Notes: generated from the letters alone by a model not told the origin. A stretch of DNA of 64,000 bases from Vicugna vicugna (GCA_013265495.1 MU058781.1:4775050-4839049); one strand, 5' to 3'; positions 14,525-27,764 are shown, numbered from the stretch's first letter. Program-made: numbers and translations.

Positions 14525-14700
14525 TCCCACAGTCTTCTGTTTGAATCCCAGCTGGGCTCCCTTACTTCTAGCTGGCTTTGGGCAACTGACTTGACCGCTC
14601 CAAGCCTCCTCCTCCACTGTAAAATGGGGACGGTAATAGTATCGACTTCCTAGACTTGTTGTAAGGGTTCCATTGCTTACAGTAGACATTCCGTGATCAT
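14525..14700 (+). mobile_element. MIR SINE
   Basis: TTTGAATCCCAGCT...TTGGGCAACTGACTTGACC...CTGTAAAATGGGGACGGTAATAGTATC, MIR core. Confidence 0.7.
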
Positions 14701-15274
14701 TTGTTGGATAAAACTGTGCCTACTGAGACAGACATTTAATAAGTAAAACGAAGTTACATTTCACTGATTGCCTGCCCAGTGCCAGGCACATACTTTAATG
14801 CCTGCAGCCACCGTCAAGTAGGGTAAACAAGCAGTTTCAATACAATGTCTTAAGGGCTATCACAAACACACCCACAAACTATGCAGGAAACACAGTAGGG
14901 GTAAAGCTGTAGAAACCTCACAGAGAAGACGTGGAGCAGTTCATCAGGGGAAGCAGGACACACAGCCCAGAGAGTGAGGGCTTGTAATAACAACAGAAAT
15001 AACAATGGGTAACAGTGACTGAGAACTCACTCCGAGCCAGGCCTGAGCAACAGCGCTCCCTGAGTCTTCCTCCATGGAAAGCCCTACTTCCCTAGCGAAC
15101 CCATTTTACAGAGAAAAGAACTAAAGTTTAGAGTTCTAAATAACATCACCCAGCCAGAAAGGGTGAGGGTCACGATCCAAACCCAAGTGTGCCTAACTCC
15201 AAAACTGACGCCCCGAGGGACAGCAGGTGCCCTCCTGGCTTTATGGTTGCATTGCTTTAGTAAGAGTTAACTAA

Positions 15275-15400
15275 GGAAGGGTGGGTATAGCTCAGTGGTA
15301 CAGTGTGTGCTGAGCATGCATGAGCTCCCGGGTTCAATCCCCAGTACTTCCTTTAAAATAAATAAAGAAACCTAAGTACCTTTTCCTCAACCCCTCCAAA
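15275..15400 (+). mobile_element. tRNA-Ala-derived SINE (Vic-1-like)
   Basis: A box TAGCTCAGTGG and B box GGTTCAATCCC; TSD AAGAGTTAA(C/T)TAA at 15262-15274 and 15401-15413. Confidence 0.88.
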
Positions 15401-17140
15401 AAGAGTTAATTAACACACAGCAGCCACAAAAGACAAATCTGTGTGCTAACATCCAACAGACGGTAGACTCCTTGGGGTAACTGCGCAGGGAGAGCCTGAC
15501 TCTGAAGGCACTTAATTTGGGGGGAGGTCCTGGGTGCTCCACTCCAGCTGCACCGCCCCAGCTGCGCAGAGGACTAGGACACAGAGGGTGCCATCCTGGG
15601 ATGGGGGAGGCGGCCAACGGGAACATGTACTCTCTAGAAATAAACTGGGGGCCTTGAGAGAAGACTTAACCCTTTCAAGACGCCAGGCTCATATTTGGTT
15701 TAATTATCTTTTCCAAGGTACTAAATGGCACTCTGATGGTCTCACAGAGCAAATTTAGCTCTCAAATAGGAGCCACTGAGCAACCTACTTAGGCGTCAAT
15801 TCCCCTGCCTTCTCTTCAAAGGCCAGTTGCGGGCAACATCACTGCTTTTCTGCTTAAAAGATAGTGAAGAGAAGTCCTTAAAACCTCCCAAGATGGTTTT
15901 TAACTTAAAAATACTCATCCTTACTTTTCCTATTTCTCCAACCTTCTTTGCTGTGGCGGGAAGTGGAGGCAAGATACAAATAAAAAGATTGCAAATAAAA
16001 GTAGACTTTTTTTTTTTTTTTTGCATTTCAGAGCTGTGCAATTATAAACACTGCCACCTGCAAAGTTGGAAATCAATTCAACTGCAATCTTCTTTAAAGC
16101 GTTTTCAATGCAACTGCTAACCTGTCTAGATGTTTAACTTTCAGGTTTCAAAACCTGTCAGTTAAAACTTGCTTACTGTTACTCCTTTTCTCTGAAGCTG
16201 CAAGCCTGAAGAGAAATTATGTAGCAAATTGGAAACAAGGAACTAAGACTTGATAGGAACACAAAAGACCCGCTGATGGGCTGGGGTGCAAGGAACTACA
16301 ATCCCTACTCTGAAAATGAATGAGGATTAGGGAGCTCATCTACCCGCAGCCTCTAACGAGGTTGCGCCTTCTCAGTTCTGAAGCAAGCAGTGAATTGATC
16401 CCTTCACAAGAACACCTGGTCTATTCCGAGAAAAAAACATTAGTCAAACCTGTTGTTGGCTGAGTTTGCCAGTCAATTCCGTTAAATTGTGGCATGGGTA
16501 GCAAGGGGTAGACACAGCTCATTAAAAACACCATTGGGGAAGTCCTAAGGCGACAGGATAGTCATTACTGAACTAATTCTATTGGCCTGAAAGAGTTAAT
16601 TCAACTCCTAGAGGGAAGCAATGTACTTTCTATTCCCTGGGATGAGCCAGCTCTCACCCAGCTTAATACAATGAGGCTGTTTGGCACCAGCCCTCCCCTC
16701 CACTCCGTCTGACAGTTGACAAGCCCAAGATAGGGCGCGCTGGGAGGGTCACCTCTCGTTCCTCAGTGTGGGCCCCTCTGGGCCTAAGACGGGCTGGGTA
16801 ATGCTGAATAAATCCACACACGCAGGGAACAAGCAAAGGACAAATCCCTTGACTTTGTGTGTCTGGATTCTACACACCTACCCAGATTCTAACAGTGCTG
16901 GAGACCAATCTATCAACAAGAGTAGCCAAGGGATGCCTGATTTATATACATCCTTCTCCGTGTTTCCCTGGGCACCGAGCACCCATGTAAACCGTTCTGC
17001 CCAGGCTCCAGTCCTGGCCCAACCGAGAACAAAGGCCATGGCTCTCCTGGACCACAGTGTCCTCACTGCAAGAGAGAAGAGAGCCACAGAGGACAGGAGA
17101 GTGTTAAATGATCCGCACATCCCCTTCCAGATACTTTTTT

Positions 17141-17266
17141 GTTTTTGTTTTTGTTTGGGGGGGTAATTAGGTTTATTATTTATTTTAGAGGCGGTACTGG
17201 GGATTGAACCCAGGACCTCGTGCCTGCTAAGCATTCTACCACTGAGCTGTACCCTCCCCCCTCCCA
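17141..17266 (-). mobile_element. tRNA-Ala-derived SINE (Vic-1-like)
   Basis: Same body and tail in reverse orientation; perfect 14-bp TSD CCAGATACTTTTTT at 17127-17140 and 17267-17280. Confidence 0.9.
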
Positions 17267-17284
17267 CCAGATACTTTTTTAAAA

Positions 17285-18235
17285 GCAATTTATTATGAAA
17301 AATGTCAAACATCAATCAAAATAGACATATTATAATGGCCCCCTATGTACCTATCACCAGCTGCAACAATTAATAACTCGCAGCTAATCCTGTTTCAACT
17401 GCATCCCCAGCCACTGTCCCACCAGGTTAATCTTGGAGGAAATCCCAGACTTTCTATCATTTCATCCATAAATATTTCAGTGTGGAGCTTTTTTTTTTTT
17501 TTAAACAAAACACAAAACAATTACGACCTCAAAGAACAAAAAATACCCTTTTGACACAGGCTACAACATAGACGAACCTTGAGGACATTATGCCGAGTGA
17601 AGTAAGTCCACCACCAAAGAACAAATACTGTGTAATTCCACTTACATGAGGCTCTGAGAGTAGTAAATTTACAGAGACAAAAAGTGGAATGGTGGTTGCC
17701 AGTGGCTGGGGGAGGAGGGAATGCAGGTTATTGCTTAATGGGTGCAGTTTCAGTTTTGCAAGATGAATAGAGTTCTGTGGTTGGACGGGGGTAAATATAC
17801 TCAATACCACTGAGCTATATACCGAAAAGTGATTAAAATGGTGAGTTTTATGTTAGGTGTACATACTTTACCACGATTTTTTCAAATGGTAAATTAAAAT
17901 CAAACCCTTCACATCATAAACTATTCACTAAATGTTTAACTATCTCATAAATGTCATAAATTTTGTTTGGTTGGTTTGCTTGGGTTAGAATCCGCAGAAA
18001 GTTCACATACCGTGGTTGGTTGTCAGTTCATCTGTGTTCCCCTCCATCTGTTTTTTTTTTCCCGTTGAAATTTATGTGTTGAAGAAACTTTTCCTGTAAA
18101 GTTTCCTACGATGTAGATTTTTCAGCTTGCATCCTTGTAACGGCCTCTGTCCTATTTTCTTAAAAATTTGAAGTTGGATCATGAGAGCAGGTCAGATTCA
18201 AACTTGATATTTGGGGCAAGATCACTGCACAGATT
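17285..18235 (-). mobile_element. Ancient L1 (L1MC-like) 3' end, interrupted by a younger L1 at ~17545-17885
   Basis: TTTATTATGAAAAATGTCAAACAT...ATTTCATCCATAAATATTTCAGT, with L1-like sequence resuming after 17890. Confidence 0.5.
17545..17885 (+). mobile_element. L1MB-like 3' end
   Basis: GAACCTTGAGGACATTATGCCGAGTGAAGTAAGTC...ATGGTGGTTGCCAGTGGCTGGGGGAGG...GTTTCAGTTTTGCAAGATGAATAGAGTTCTG, a typical L1MB 3' region. Confidence 0.8.
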
Positions 18236-18513
18236 CAACTAAATTTTGAAAATGTGAGTGTGCAAAGATTAATCAACACACTGTCACAAACATTTAGTAT
18301 GAGCTGACTGCTGTCAGTGGCCTTGGGGTGCAGGCGGAAGGAATGAGAAGAATTTGACAGAATCCTTGCTATCAAGGAGCCTGCGATCTTGTTCAAGAGG
18401 CAAAACTGATAGAGGTGAAACAATTAAATCATAATTAAGGGCAAAACTGTGCTGTGACTGTAAAAGCCAGCTCATTCCAAGGGTGGGGCCCATCTAAAAA
18501 AGGTTTTAGGTAG

Positions 18514-18713
18514 ATAAACAATAAGTTTCTACTGTATAGCACAGGGAACTATATTCAATATCTTGTAGTAACCTATAATGAAAAAGAATATGAAAAGGAA
18601 TATATGCATATATATGTATGACTGAACTATTATGCTGTACACCAGAAACTGACACAACATTATAAACAATGACACAACATTGACCACACTTCAATTTAAA
18701 AAACAAAAAAAAA
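18514..18713 (+). mobile_element. 5'-truncated LINE-1 3' end (artiodactyl type)
   Basis: Same family as 10686; TSD GTTTTAGGTAG at 18503-18513 and 18714-18724; small internal duplication of GACACAACATT. Confidence 0.85.
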
Positions 18714-18789
18714 GTTTTAGGTAGGGCAAAGTTCCTGAAATGGGTCTTGAAGGACTGGTAGATTTTGGAAGGAAGAAGGCATTTGCTCC

Positions 18790-19165
18790 TCTTGGGGAGT
18801 GATGGAAATGTTAGCTGTCTTGATTGTGGTGGTAATTTCATAGGTGTGTACATCTATCAAAATTCGTGAAATTGTACATCTGAAATATGTATAGTTTACT
18901 GTACAGGAATCAAACCACAATAAATGTGTTAGAAAAAAAAGAAAAAGAATTTCATGAAAAATACAGTTAGAATTTGATAAGATATTTAGAATTAGCCTCA
19001 AATACTCTGGAGGGGAGGAGGGGTTCTAGAGGGATATAGATTGAAGAAAGATGGTCAAAGAGTTGAGAATCATTGGAGCTGAGTGATGGGTACATAGTGC
19101 TCTTAATGCCATCCTCCCTACTTTCAAACTTAGGTTTCAATCTTTCCGTAATAAAAAGTTATTTG
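18790..19165 (+). mobile_element. Ancient L1M 3' end fragments (two adjacent)
   Basis: GTGATGGAAATGTT...TTGATTGTGGTGGTAATTTCATAGGTGTG...CAATAAA; then GCTGAGTGATGGGTACATAG...TTTCCGTAATAAAAAG. Confidence 0.6.
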
Positions 19166-19862
19166 TAAGCCTATTACTGTTGGGGTCAAGGGTCACTCCC
19201 ACAGCCCATGTTTCCCATGTAATAGGGGAAAAAAAAGATTCACTGGACCAGAAGATGTGGCGCTTGTCTCTTCTGTTACTAAGCTGTTTAACTCTGAGCC
19301 AATTACTTCACCTCTGTCAACCTCAATCCCTTTCTCTGTAAAACGAGAGGAAAAGGAACAACTCACATTTATTAAATGCCTACTATGTGTAGGAATTGTG
19401 CAATGCACTTGATGTAGATGCTCTCAGTTTTCAGGAGGGTGGATGCAATGTCCTCCTCGCTCTCCAAAGATTCTTTCTGGCTCTAGGGTTCCATGAATTA
19501 ACCATTTCACTTTCATTTAGGTTTTTGATAAATCCACGTGCCAGATACCTTGCTATATATATAGGCTTCAGAGGCACACAGATAAAAGAGTAAACTCTTG
19601 TCTTCCAGGATTTTATGATCTAAAAAGACAGACTGGTAAGAAAAGTTATAATCCAACTGGTAAATGTTATAATAACTACATAGGTAAGATGCTAAGTGTT
19701 TTACATTATTGATACCATATGTCCCAACAATATAAAAAAAAAAGTGGGAGATGGTTTAGTAATGAAAATAGTATTGTGTGCGCTGGGATCAAGTAGAAGG
19801 AATACCCATCCCAGACTGAGGGGATCAGAAGAAGGTTTTAGAAGACAATGTTTATGTTAAGT

Positions 19863-20716
19863 CTTTTTTCATTAATTTATTTTAATTGTGGTAAAAGACT
19901 CACAACATAAAATTAACCATTTTAAGTGTTCAGCTCAGTGGTGTTAAGTACATTCACATTGTTGTGCAGCTATCACCACCATCCATCTCCAGAACTTTTT
20001 CCATCTTCCCAAACTGAAGCTCAGTACCCCATTAAACACTAATTTCTCCCTCCCCCTCCCTCCAGCCGGTGACAACCACCATTCCTCTTCCTGTCTGTAT
20101 AAATTTGACTATTCTAAGCACTTCATATAAGTGGAATCATACAGTATTTGCCCTTTGAGACTGCCTTATTTCACTTAGCATCATGTCCTCAAGGTTCATC
20201 CCTATTGTAGTATGCATCAAAATGTCCTTCCTTTTTAAAGCTGAGTAACATTCCATTGCATGTACTCCATAGCCGTGAGTTCTGCACCTGTGGATTCAAC
20301 CATCAATCAAAATGATTAAAAAACATTTTTTCCAGACAGTTCCAAAAACCAAAACTTGAATTTGCCATGCAACGGCAACTACTTACATAGCATTTACATT
20401 GTATTGGATAGTATAAGTAATCTAGAGATGATTTAAAGTATACAAGAGGATGTGCGTAGGTTATATGCAAATACTATGCCATTTTATTTAAGAAACTTCA
20501 GCATCAGAGGATTTTAGTATCTGTAGGGGGTCCTAGACCCATTCCCCGGTGGATACTGAGGGGCAGTGGTATAAACCATATTTTGTTTTATCCATTCATC
20601 CTTCAATGAACACTAGGGTTGCTTCCACCTTTTGGCTCTTGTGAATAATGCTGCTATGAACATGGGTAAATAAATGCCTCTTCAATATCCTGCCTTCAGT
20701 TCTTTGGGGTATATAC
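19863..20716 (-). mobile_element. L1MB-like 3' end inserted in an L2, itself carrying a MER2-like insertion
   Basis: CATTCACATTGTTGTGCAGCTATCACCACCATCCATCTCCAGAAC...GTGAATAATGCTGCTATGAACATGGG; TSD TATGTTAAGT at 19853-19862 and 20717-20726. Confidence 0.8.
20262..20570 (-). mobile_element. MER2-like Tigger-family MITE
   Basis: TATAAGTAATCTAGAGATGATTTAAAGTATAC...GGATGTGCGTAGGTTATATGCAAATACTATGCCATTTTAT...GGATACTGAGGGGCAGTG, the reverse of the MER2 consensus as recalled. Confidence 0.8.
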
Positions 20717-20909
20717 TATGTTAAGTTTTGAAGAGTGAGAAGGAATTAAGGCAAAAAGGAGAGAAGCATTCCAAGGAGAGTGAGCGAATTTTGCAGAGAC
20801 ATGGAGGACTACCATTCAGTTCAAACTGTGAAGGCCTTGCACACCTTGGGGAAGGGCAGGTGGCCACAAGCAGAACTGAGATCAAGCCCCTCCTTTTACT
20901 GCTATTCTT

Positions 20910-21279
20910 TTTTTTTTAATCTTTATATATATATAGTATAGGCAGTTTACAATGTGTCAATTTCTGGTGTACAACAGCATAATGCTTCAGTCATACATGA
21001 ATATACATATATTCATTTTCATATTTTTTCACCATAAGTTACTGCAAGATATTGAATAGAGTTCCCTGTACTATACAGTGTGAACTTGTTTGTTTTACAT
21101 ATTATTAGTTAGCATCTGTATATCTCGAGCTCCCAATTTATCCCTTTCCACCCCCGTCCCCCTCCTGGTAACCATAAGTTTGTTTTCTATGTCTATGAGT
21201 CTGTTTCTGTTTTGTAAATAAGTTCATTTGGCTTTTTTTTTTTTTTTTGGTTCCACATATAAGTGATATCATATGATAT
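20910..21279 (-). mobile_element. 5'-truncated LINE-1 3' end (artiodactyl type)
   Basis: Perfect 16-bp TSD TTTTACTGCTATTCTT at 20894-20909 and 21280-21295, followed by AA (L1 endonuclease-type TTCTT/AA site). Confidence 0.88.
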
Positions 21280-23959
21280 TTTTACTGCTATTCTTAAAGG
21301 GTCTACTTTAATGTCATTCTAAGCAAATAATCAAAAACAGGTTTTCAGAAAAGACTTTGCACCCTACTGGAAATGACCACTAGCTGTTCGTGCATTGTGG
21401 GGACCCCAGTCTTACGTTTCTCTGTCAATAGGCCCCCTCACCCTGCAGGTGTCCAATAAGTAGTAACGGAATGCTCAGTAAAACCAATTCTTTATGGTCA
21501 ATGGATTTATGCTATTTCATAAAAATCTTTTGCTCAAAATAATATTCTCTCATACCCTGCTTTTATCTGACTGAATTCTTTTCAGGATCCACTAAGCCAG
21601 AGCACAAATCCGTTGATAAGATTCTGCATTCAACTCTCCAGCCTGCTGTCTCTAACACGGACTGAATCCCTTCAGTTGTAACGAAAATGGTGCCAGGTAA
21701 ACTCGGGGCCCCGCCCAGCTCTGAAGGATTTTAATTCGATATAACGCATAATCTATTCATTTCTATAAAGGATCTTGATCCCCTGTGAACCCAGTTAAAT
21801 TCTAGGAGAAATAGATGGCAGGCCGTGTGTGTGTGTTTGTGAGTGTGTGGATCAGTGTGTAGATGACTCAGGGGGCCTCGGTGTTTCTCACAATGCTGAT
21901 AAACACGGACACCCTGCATGGACAAGCTGTTCTCACAGGAGGATCTGTGAGTCATGCCCGTGCGTTCTTCAACTTGTTTAACTTTTCTGGTATATTCATG
22001 TTTATGCTTTGGTTTATGATGTGAAATAATAGTAAAAATCAAGAATCCCTAGAACGATTTCTCAACAAAAGTGATTCAGCCGATGGAGGTTTGGTCTGTG
22101 TACATGGTCACGGGTCAGGGAGTGTCTGGAAAGGGGAGGTTGTACAGCCAAGGTCACTTTAGTTGTTGCTTTGTAAGATGATTCGCAGACCCCAAAATGC
22201 TATAAAACCAGAGCTCTAGACCTGAAATCCTGCAGCATGGCTCACTCAGTGGAGGCGGATTTTGAAATGACCTTACGAGTCAGAGAGCAATACAAAAGCA
22301 GTGTGAACTGGTGTTTCACCCGGTGAGCGGTGCACCCCAATGCATCGATGAAGGCGCAATTATAGAAAAGGAGAGTCTGGTCCTTACCTTTTAGAGACTC
22401 GTCACTTCACACCTGAAGTCTAGTGTTCCACTCTGGTTATCCTGATGCTCAAAAGCAACTCTGAGGCATGTAGGCAGTAAGCATCCATTTTCATTATATT
22501 CTCCTTCTTAATTTTTAAAGTGTATATTAATTTACAGTTTCTGTAGCAGTTTCTATTTGCAACTTCTTATTATGAATGAGGCAATATCTTTGCACCAGTT
22601 AAAAGCCATTTATATTTCCGTTTCTGTTAACTGTTTATATCCTTTTTCATTATTCAACTGGGTTATTGGGGTTTGGGGTGTGTTTTTGAAGACGCTTTTA
22701 CATTTTAAGACCATTAGCACTTTGCCCATTACATGGGCCATTATATTCTTTTATTCAATGTGAATGATGTGATAGGCGCGCTGTACTGCTTAGGGTTTAA
22801 GTTCAACTTCAGATCCCAGAGCTCCATCTCAATGCCCCTGGACAGCGGTTTATTTCTCCCTCAGATGTAAGCATGACCACCGGATGTTAGGAATGGTGGG
22901 GTGGCTCCGGTCAGCACTCCACCACCCCCAGACTTTGCCCTGCCCACGTGGCCAAAGAGGGCTCACTGCCGGGTCCTTATTACATGGCACAGGGCAGAGG
23001 AAGATGGGGTATATCACCTCCTTTAAGAACGCCTCCCGGAAGTGGCCTGAGTTCCACATGCCGGAATTCATCACAAGGCCGCGAGAAGCTGCAGAGGTTG
23101 CTGGCAATGTTGTCACCACGAGTAACACGGGGATTCTATGATAAGCACAAAGAGCATCGATTAGGGGACCCCTAGCAATCTCTGCCACATCTGTTTTCCT
23201 TTTACTGAATTGGAAAAGAAAAACTGATTCTCAAAGAGGGAAAACTCCCCCAAACTTACCTGGTTAACACCCACTCACTGCTCTTGTGTCAACGTAGAAG
23301 TCACGTCCTCCGAGAAGCCTGCTTGGGGTTTCCCCTCCTTCCCTTCATCCGCTGCGCCCCATCTGGAGGAGGGCTCCCTGGTGCTCTCTGTCAGCAGCTC
23401 TCCTCTCCGAGCGTTTCAGCTTGCCAGAGCTGAAGTTAACGACTCACCGATGTGACTGTGCGTGTCATGTCTGTCTCCCGAAGGGCACTCTGAGCTCTGT
23501 GAGGGCAGGGGCTGAACCTGTCGTGGTCACATGGGCCCTTGGCAAGCACCCAAGGCAGATTGCTCAAATCAATTCATAAATGAATGGGAAGGCACAGGGT
23601 GTGCTCAAGGTCATACAATTAGTGCAGAACCAAGACCGAAACTGGGTCTTTAAACTCATATGTTCTTCCTGTCACCCCACACAGCTTTTCCAGGGGACAA
23701 ACTGAGGCCCAGAAGGACAAAGTCACTTACCTGAACGTGTGCAGATTACTAGTGGTAGGACAAACTCTGGAATCCGGGATGCTTAACGCTCAGCCCAGTT
23801 CTCCGTCCACTATAATATGATAATGCTTCTATTGCCAAACCCAAGCAGAAAAAGTCAAGGTGTTCACAAAAAGATGTTCAATCATGTTCACACACAATTT
23901 GCTTAAACTCATTTTGATTTTGAGAATAAATCAGAAGAATCATGTGTAACACGTGAACC

Positions 23960-24190
23960 CTGATTGGATTCTAGATGATCAGGAAAAAAAAAACTGTAAA
24001 AGGTATTTTTGGAACAACTGGAGAAATGTAAATATAGTTTATATACTAGATGTTAGATATTAAATAAATGTTAATGTCCTTGGACGTGATAGTAGTATTG
24101 TGGTTGGGTCAAAGAATATCCCTTTTCTCAGAAGGCGCAGACTGAAGTATTGAGTGGGATTGGGGGAGAAGCGTTATGATGGCTACACTA
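23960..24190 (+). mobile_element. Ancient L1 (L1MC/L1ME-like) 3' UTR fragment
   Basis: TGATTGGATTCTAG...TTTTGGAACAACTGGAGAAATGTAAATAT...GTGATAGTAGTATTGTGGTT...CTGAAGTATT. Confidence 0.55.
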
Positions 24191-25783
24191 AAATGTCTAC
24201 CCTATGATGTCTACACGGGTAAAATCCCGCCTTTGAGTTCAGTTTGGAAGATAGTGCGGGTCTGTATGTACAGGGGAGCTGCTTATCTTCTCCTCCCGGA
24301 GAAGAAGTGGCATCTTGACCATCATATAAACTATTGATCAATATTATTATTTTGATCAGCTGAGACTAAGGCATGTCCCCCCCCCACAGCCCTGATTGAA
24401 TGAAAGATTTTGCATCATCTATTTGCTGACAAATGGTAATAATACAGCTGCTTTCAAAAACCTCTCTTTGCACATTCTTGGTTGGCTGTGTCGGGGAGTA
24501 CATTACAAGAACATATGTTACAAAATATTCTGTGGCTTTTTAAACACAATGGACCTTGCCAGAGAAGGCCATGTACCCTTGGCGTCCAGTCCTCATAAAC
24601 AATGTTTTCGTTGTCTCTGAGAATCATTTATGTTTAGCACGTGCTGTTTTTAAAGAATGGCAAGAATTCCTAAACAATTGAAGCTCTAATCTATGATTGT
24701 CCTCTAGAAACAGAAAGCCAAATCACAATATTCTAAACCAAAGAATAAGGTACCTAATGTGTCTCCCAAATGTTTTTGTTTCTCCTGCCTTCTCCTCAAA
24801 CTTCAGTCACCTACTTTACTACTCCAAAGTTACAAAACTGTAATTTTTAGAATAAAGCATTAGTAAAGGGGGAAAAAAAACCTCTTTAGATTCCACAAAG
24901 ATGTTAAGGAGACTCAAAGAAGATCGACTAACTATAATGGTCTTTTAACACTAAAATAGGCAACCAAGCAAAGTCTCACAAATCTCCATCCCTAGAGAGC
25001 ATTAAAAATAGAATGGGCCACCACACGCCTCAGATGATTTATTTTCTCAGATGTTCAAGGGCAAAGGTCTCGACCACACCTCTTGAAATACTTTCTAGCA
25101 TTAATATTCTATTAAAAAATTAAAGCAGACCACAAAAGTGAGGTCAAATTGTGTTTGTGATATTCCTGGATATACAAATATCAGAGAAGTACCAGACTCA
25201 AATATTAGTGTGAGTGACCCTAGGTGGTCTCCGAGCCTGAGAGGGCGGCGGGGGGGAAAGGCAGGACTTTTACTGTTCATTAATTGGGGAATAAGCATGA
25301 GGAAAAACAGCCCTCTATTGTCTGCTTACCTGATGTGTTCTCATCAAAGTCTTAAAGATGAATCTAACATATTACCTTTTATTTAATAAGGCTCCTTAAT
25401 CAAGATGTGAGCATGAGGAATCTCAAATATTCCCAGGGAAAGCAAGAGGATGCTGGTAGAATTTATCTGACTAGAAATGTCTGCTGCTGCTACTTTGAGA
25501 AAAGCTTCCAGAATATGACCAATACCCATAGGACCCATCAATTTATGGCCACTCATGAACTGTAAAACCATAAGATTAGCCAAAAAAAAAAAAAAAACCC
25601 CATAAGATTGGCAATATTTAGAGGAAAGAGTCATAAATCATTTTAGCATATTAAGAAGTCTAATAAAGGAAGTTGATTAGTTCTTGTCCTCCTTTCGGGG
25701 AGAGCCACTTCAAGAATGAGGGCAGATACGAGGCACATTTTGGAGCAATAGCTAGGAGCAAAGAAGGGATGGAAAATACCAGC

Positions 25784-26123
25784 TGTTATGGATGGAATGT
25801 TTGTCCCTCCTCAAATCCATATGTTGAAACCTACTCCCCCACTGTGATGGTATTAGGAAGTAAGGCCTCTGGGAGGTGATTAGGTCGTGAGGGTGGAGCC
25901 CTCATGAATGGGATTAGTGCCCTTTTAAAAGAGACCCCTAAAAGCTTCCTCTCCCTTATGCCATGTGAGGACATAGCTGGAAGGCAGCTGCCCACCTCTG
26001 AATCACCAGACGCCAGATCTGCTGGACTTCTTGGCCCCTAGGAGTGTGAGAAATAAATTTCTATTGTTTATAAGTCACCCAGTCCATGGTGTTCTCTTAT
26101 AGCAGCTCTAACAGACTAAGACA
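25784..26123 (+). mobile_element. MaLR solo LTR (MLT1A-like)
   Basis: TG...CA termini, GAGGGTGGAGCCCTCATGAATGGGATTAGTGCCC, GAGAAATAAATTTCT and GACTAAGACA end; 5-bp TSD CCAGC/CCAAC. Confidence 0.88.
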
Positions 26124-26212
26124 CCAACTAATTTGGGAGCATTCTGCTTACACAGAGTCCCATGCATATTGCTGGCTCCTGCTAATACTCTTCCGTTTTC
26201 ACACGAGGCACC

Positions 26213-27028
26213 TGGATTAATTTGCTGCAACAAACTACCACAAACTGCGTGACTTAAAACCACAGAAATTTATTCTCCTGGATTTCTGGAGGCTAGAAGT
26301 TTGAGGCTGTGGTGTCAGCAGGACCATTCTCACTCTCCTGGCTTCTGGTAACTGCCAGTATCCCTTGGTGTTCCTTGATGCTGTGGTCTGAATGTTTGTG
26401 TCCCCCTCAAAATCCATTCGTGCTGAAATCCTAACCCCTGAAGGCAGTGATATTAGAGGTGAGGCCTTTGGGAGGTGCCTCTATCCTGAGGGTGGAACCC
26501 TCAAGAAAGACATTAGTGTCTTACAAAAGTGGCCCAGTGAGGTCCCTGGCCCCGTCCACCATGTGAGCAGGTAACAGTTCTGAGACCCAGGAAAGAGTCT
26601 TCACCTGACCATGCTGGCTGCCTGATCTTGGACCCCAGGTCTCCAGAAAGTGAGGCATGAGTTTCTGTGGTCTGCAGGCTCCCGGTCCGTGGTACTTTGT
26701 TACAGCTGCCCGAATGGGCTAAGACTCTGGGTTTGCAGCTGCATTACTCCCAAGTCTGCCTCCAGTCACGCAACCGTCTTCCTCCTATGTGTCTGTGTCC
26801 TCACTGGCCTTCTCCTGTCTGTGTGTGTCTGTCTCTGTGTCTCTCCTCTTCTTATCTAGACCTTATTGGAATCACAACCCACCCTAATCCACTCTGACCT
26901 CATCTTAACTTACATCTTAATTACATCAACAAAGACCCTATTTCCAAATAAGGTCATATTCACAGGCACCCAGGGTTAGGACTTCAACTTTTTTTTTTCG
27001 TGGGGGGGACACAATTTAACCTACAACA
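26213..27028 (-). mobile_element. MaLR solo LTR (MLT1C-like), split by a nested MLT1A-like LTR
   Basis: TACCACAAACTGCGTGACTTAAAACCACAGAAATTTATTCTC... and ...AAAGACCCTATTTCCAAATAAGGTCATATTCACAGG...GGACACAATTTAACCTACAACA. Confidence 0.82.
26379..26726 (+). mobile_element. MaLR solo LTR (MLT1A-like), nested
   Basis: TGCTGTGGTCTGAATGTTTGTGTCCCCCTCAAAAT...GAGGGTGGAACCCTC...GGGCTAAGACT; homologous to 25784-26123. Confidence 0.82.
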
Positions 27029-27764
27029 ACACTTGCCAGTCAGTCATTCCATTGATTAGAACCACATTTATTGAGCAGCTACTTAACCCTTCCAGGCCCT
27101 GTGAGTTAAACAAAAAAATCTAGGCTGAAAGATGATTTTTTTTCCCTCAAGGAGTTAGAAAAGAGCACTTATTATAAAAACAGCTTGAAAAACCATTAAA
27201 TGCTAAAAAGAAGTTTGCATCAGTGCTATTTATAAGATTAAAAAATGGGGGGAAAAAAACTAATTATCCAATTAAAAAGGTGTGTAAAAGTAGAATGACC
27301 AACTCAATCCTGGTTTGTCCTGGACTCTCCAATAGAAGTTTTGCGTCCTGAGAACCCTCTCCAGACCCAGGCAAATGGAGGTGGGTGGTCACACGATAGC
27401 AGTATAGTAAAATAGTATGCAATTTTCATTTTTAAAATGCTAATAAAGATTTTTAAGTGAGATGAGAAATGTTTTTAATATAATGTAAATAATTTTTTAA
27501 AATTCTATAGAAAAAAAAAGGTACAAAATATGCCAAAAAGTTAACTGCAGTTGCCTCTGTTTAGTGGGATTATGAGAAGTTTTCCTTTGAGCGTCTTTAC
27601 ACTTTAGTGTGCTTTTCAATTTTCTATTGATGAATATTTATTGCTTAATTAGGAAAAAAAAGTAAGGGAAAAACTAATAAATTTATGAATGGAAATTAGC
27701 CTCCTAAATTCCTACTACTTTTACTCTCATAGAATAATTTAAAAACCACTCTTAGTAAGTATTT

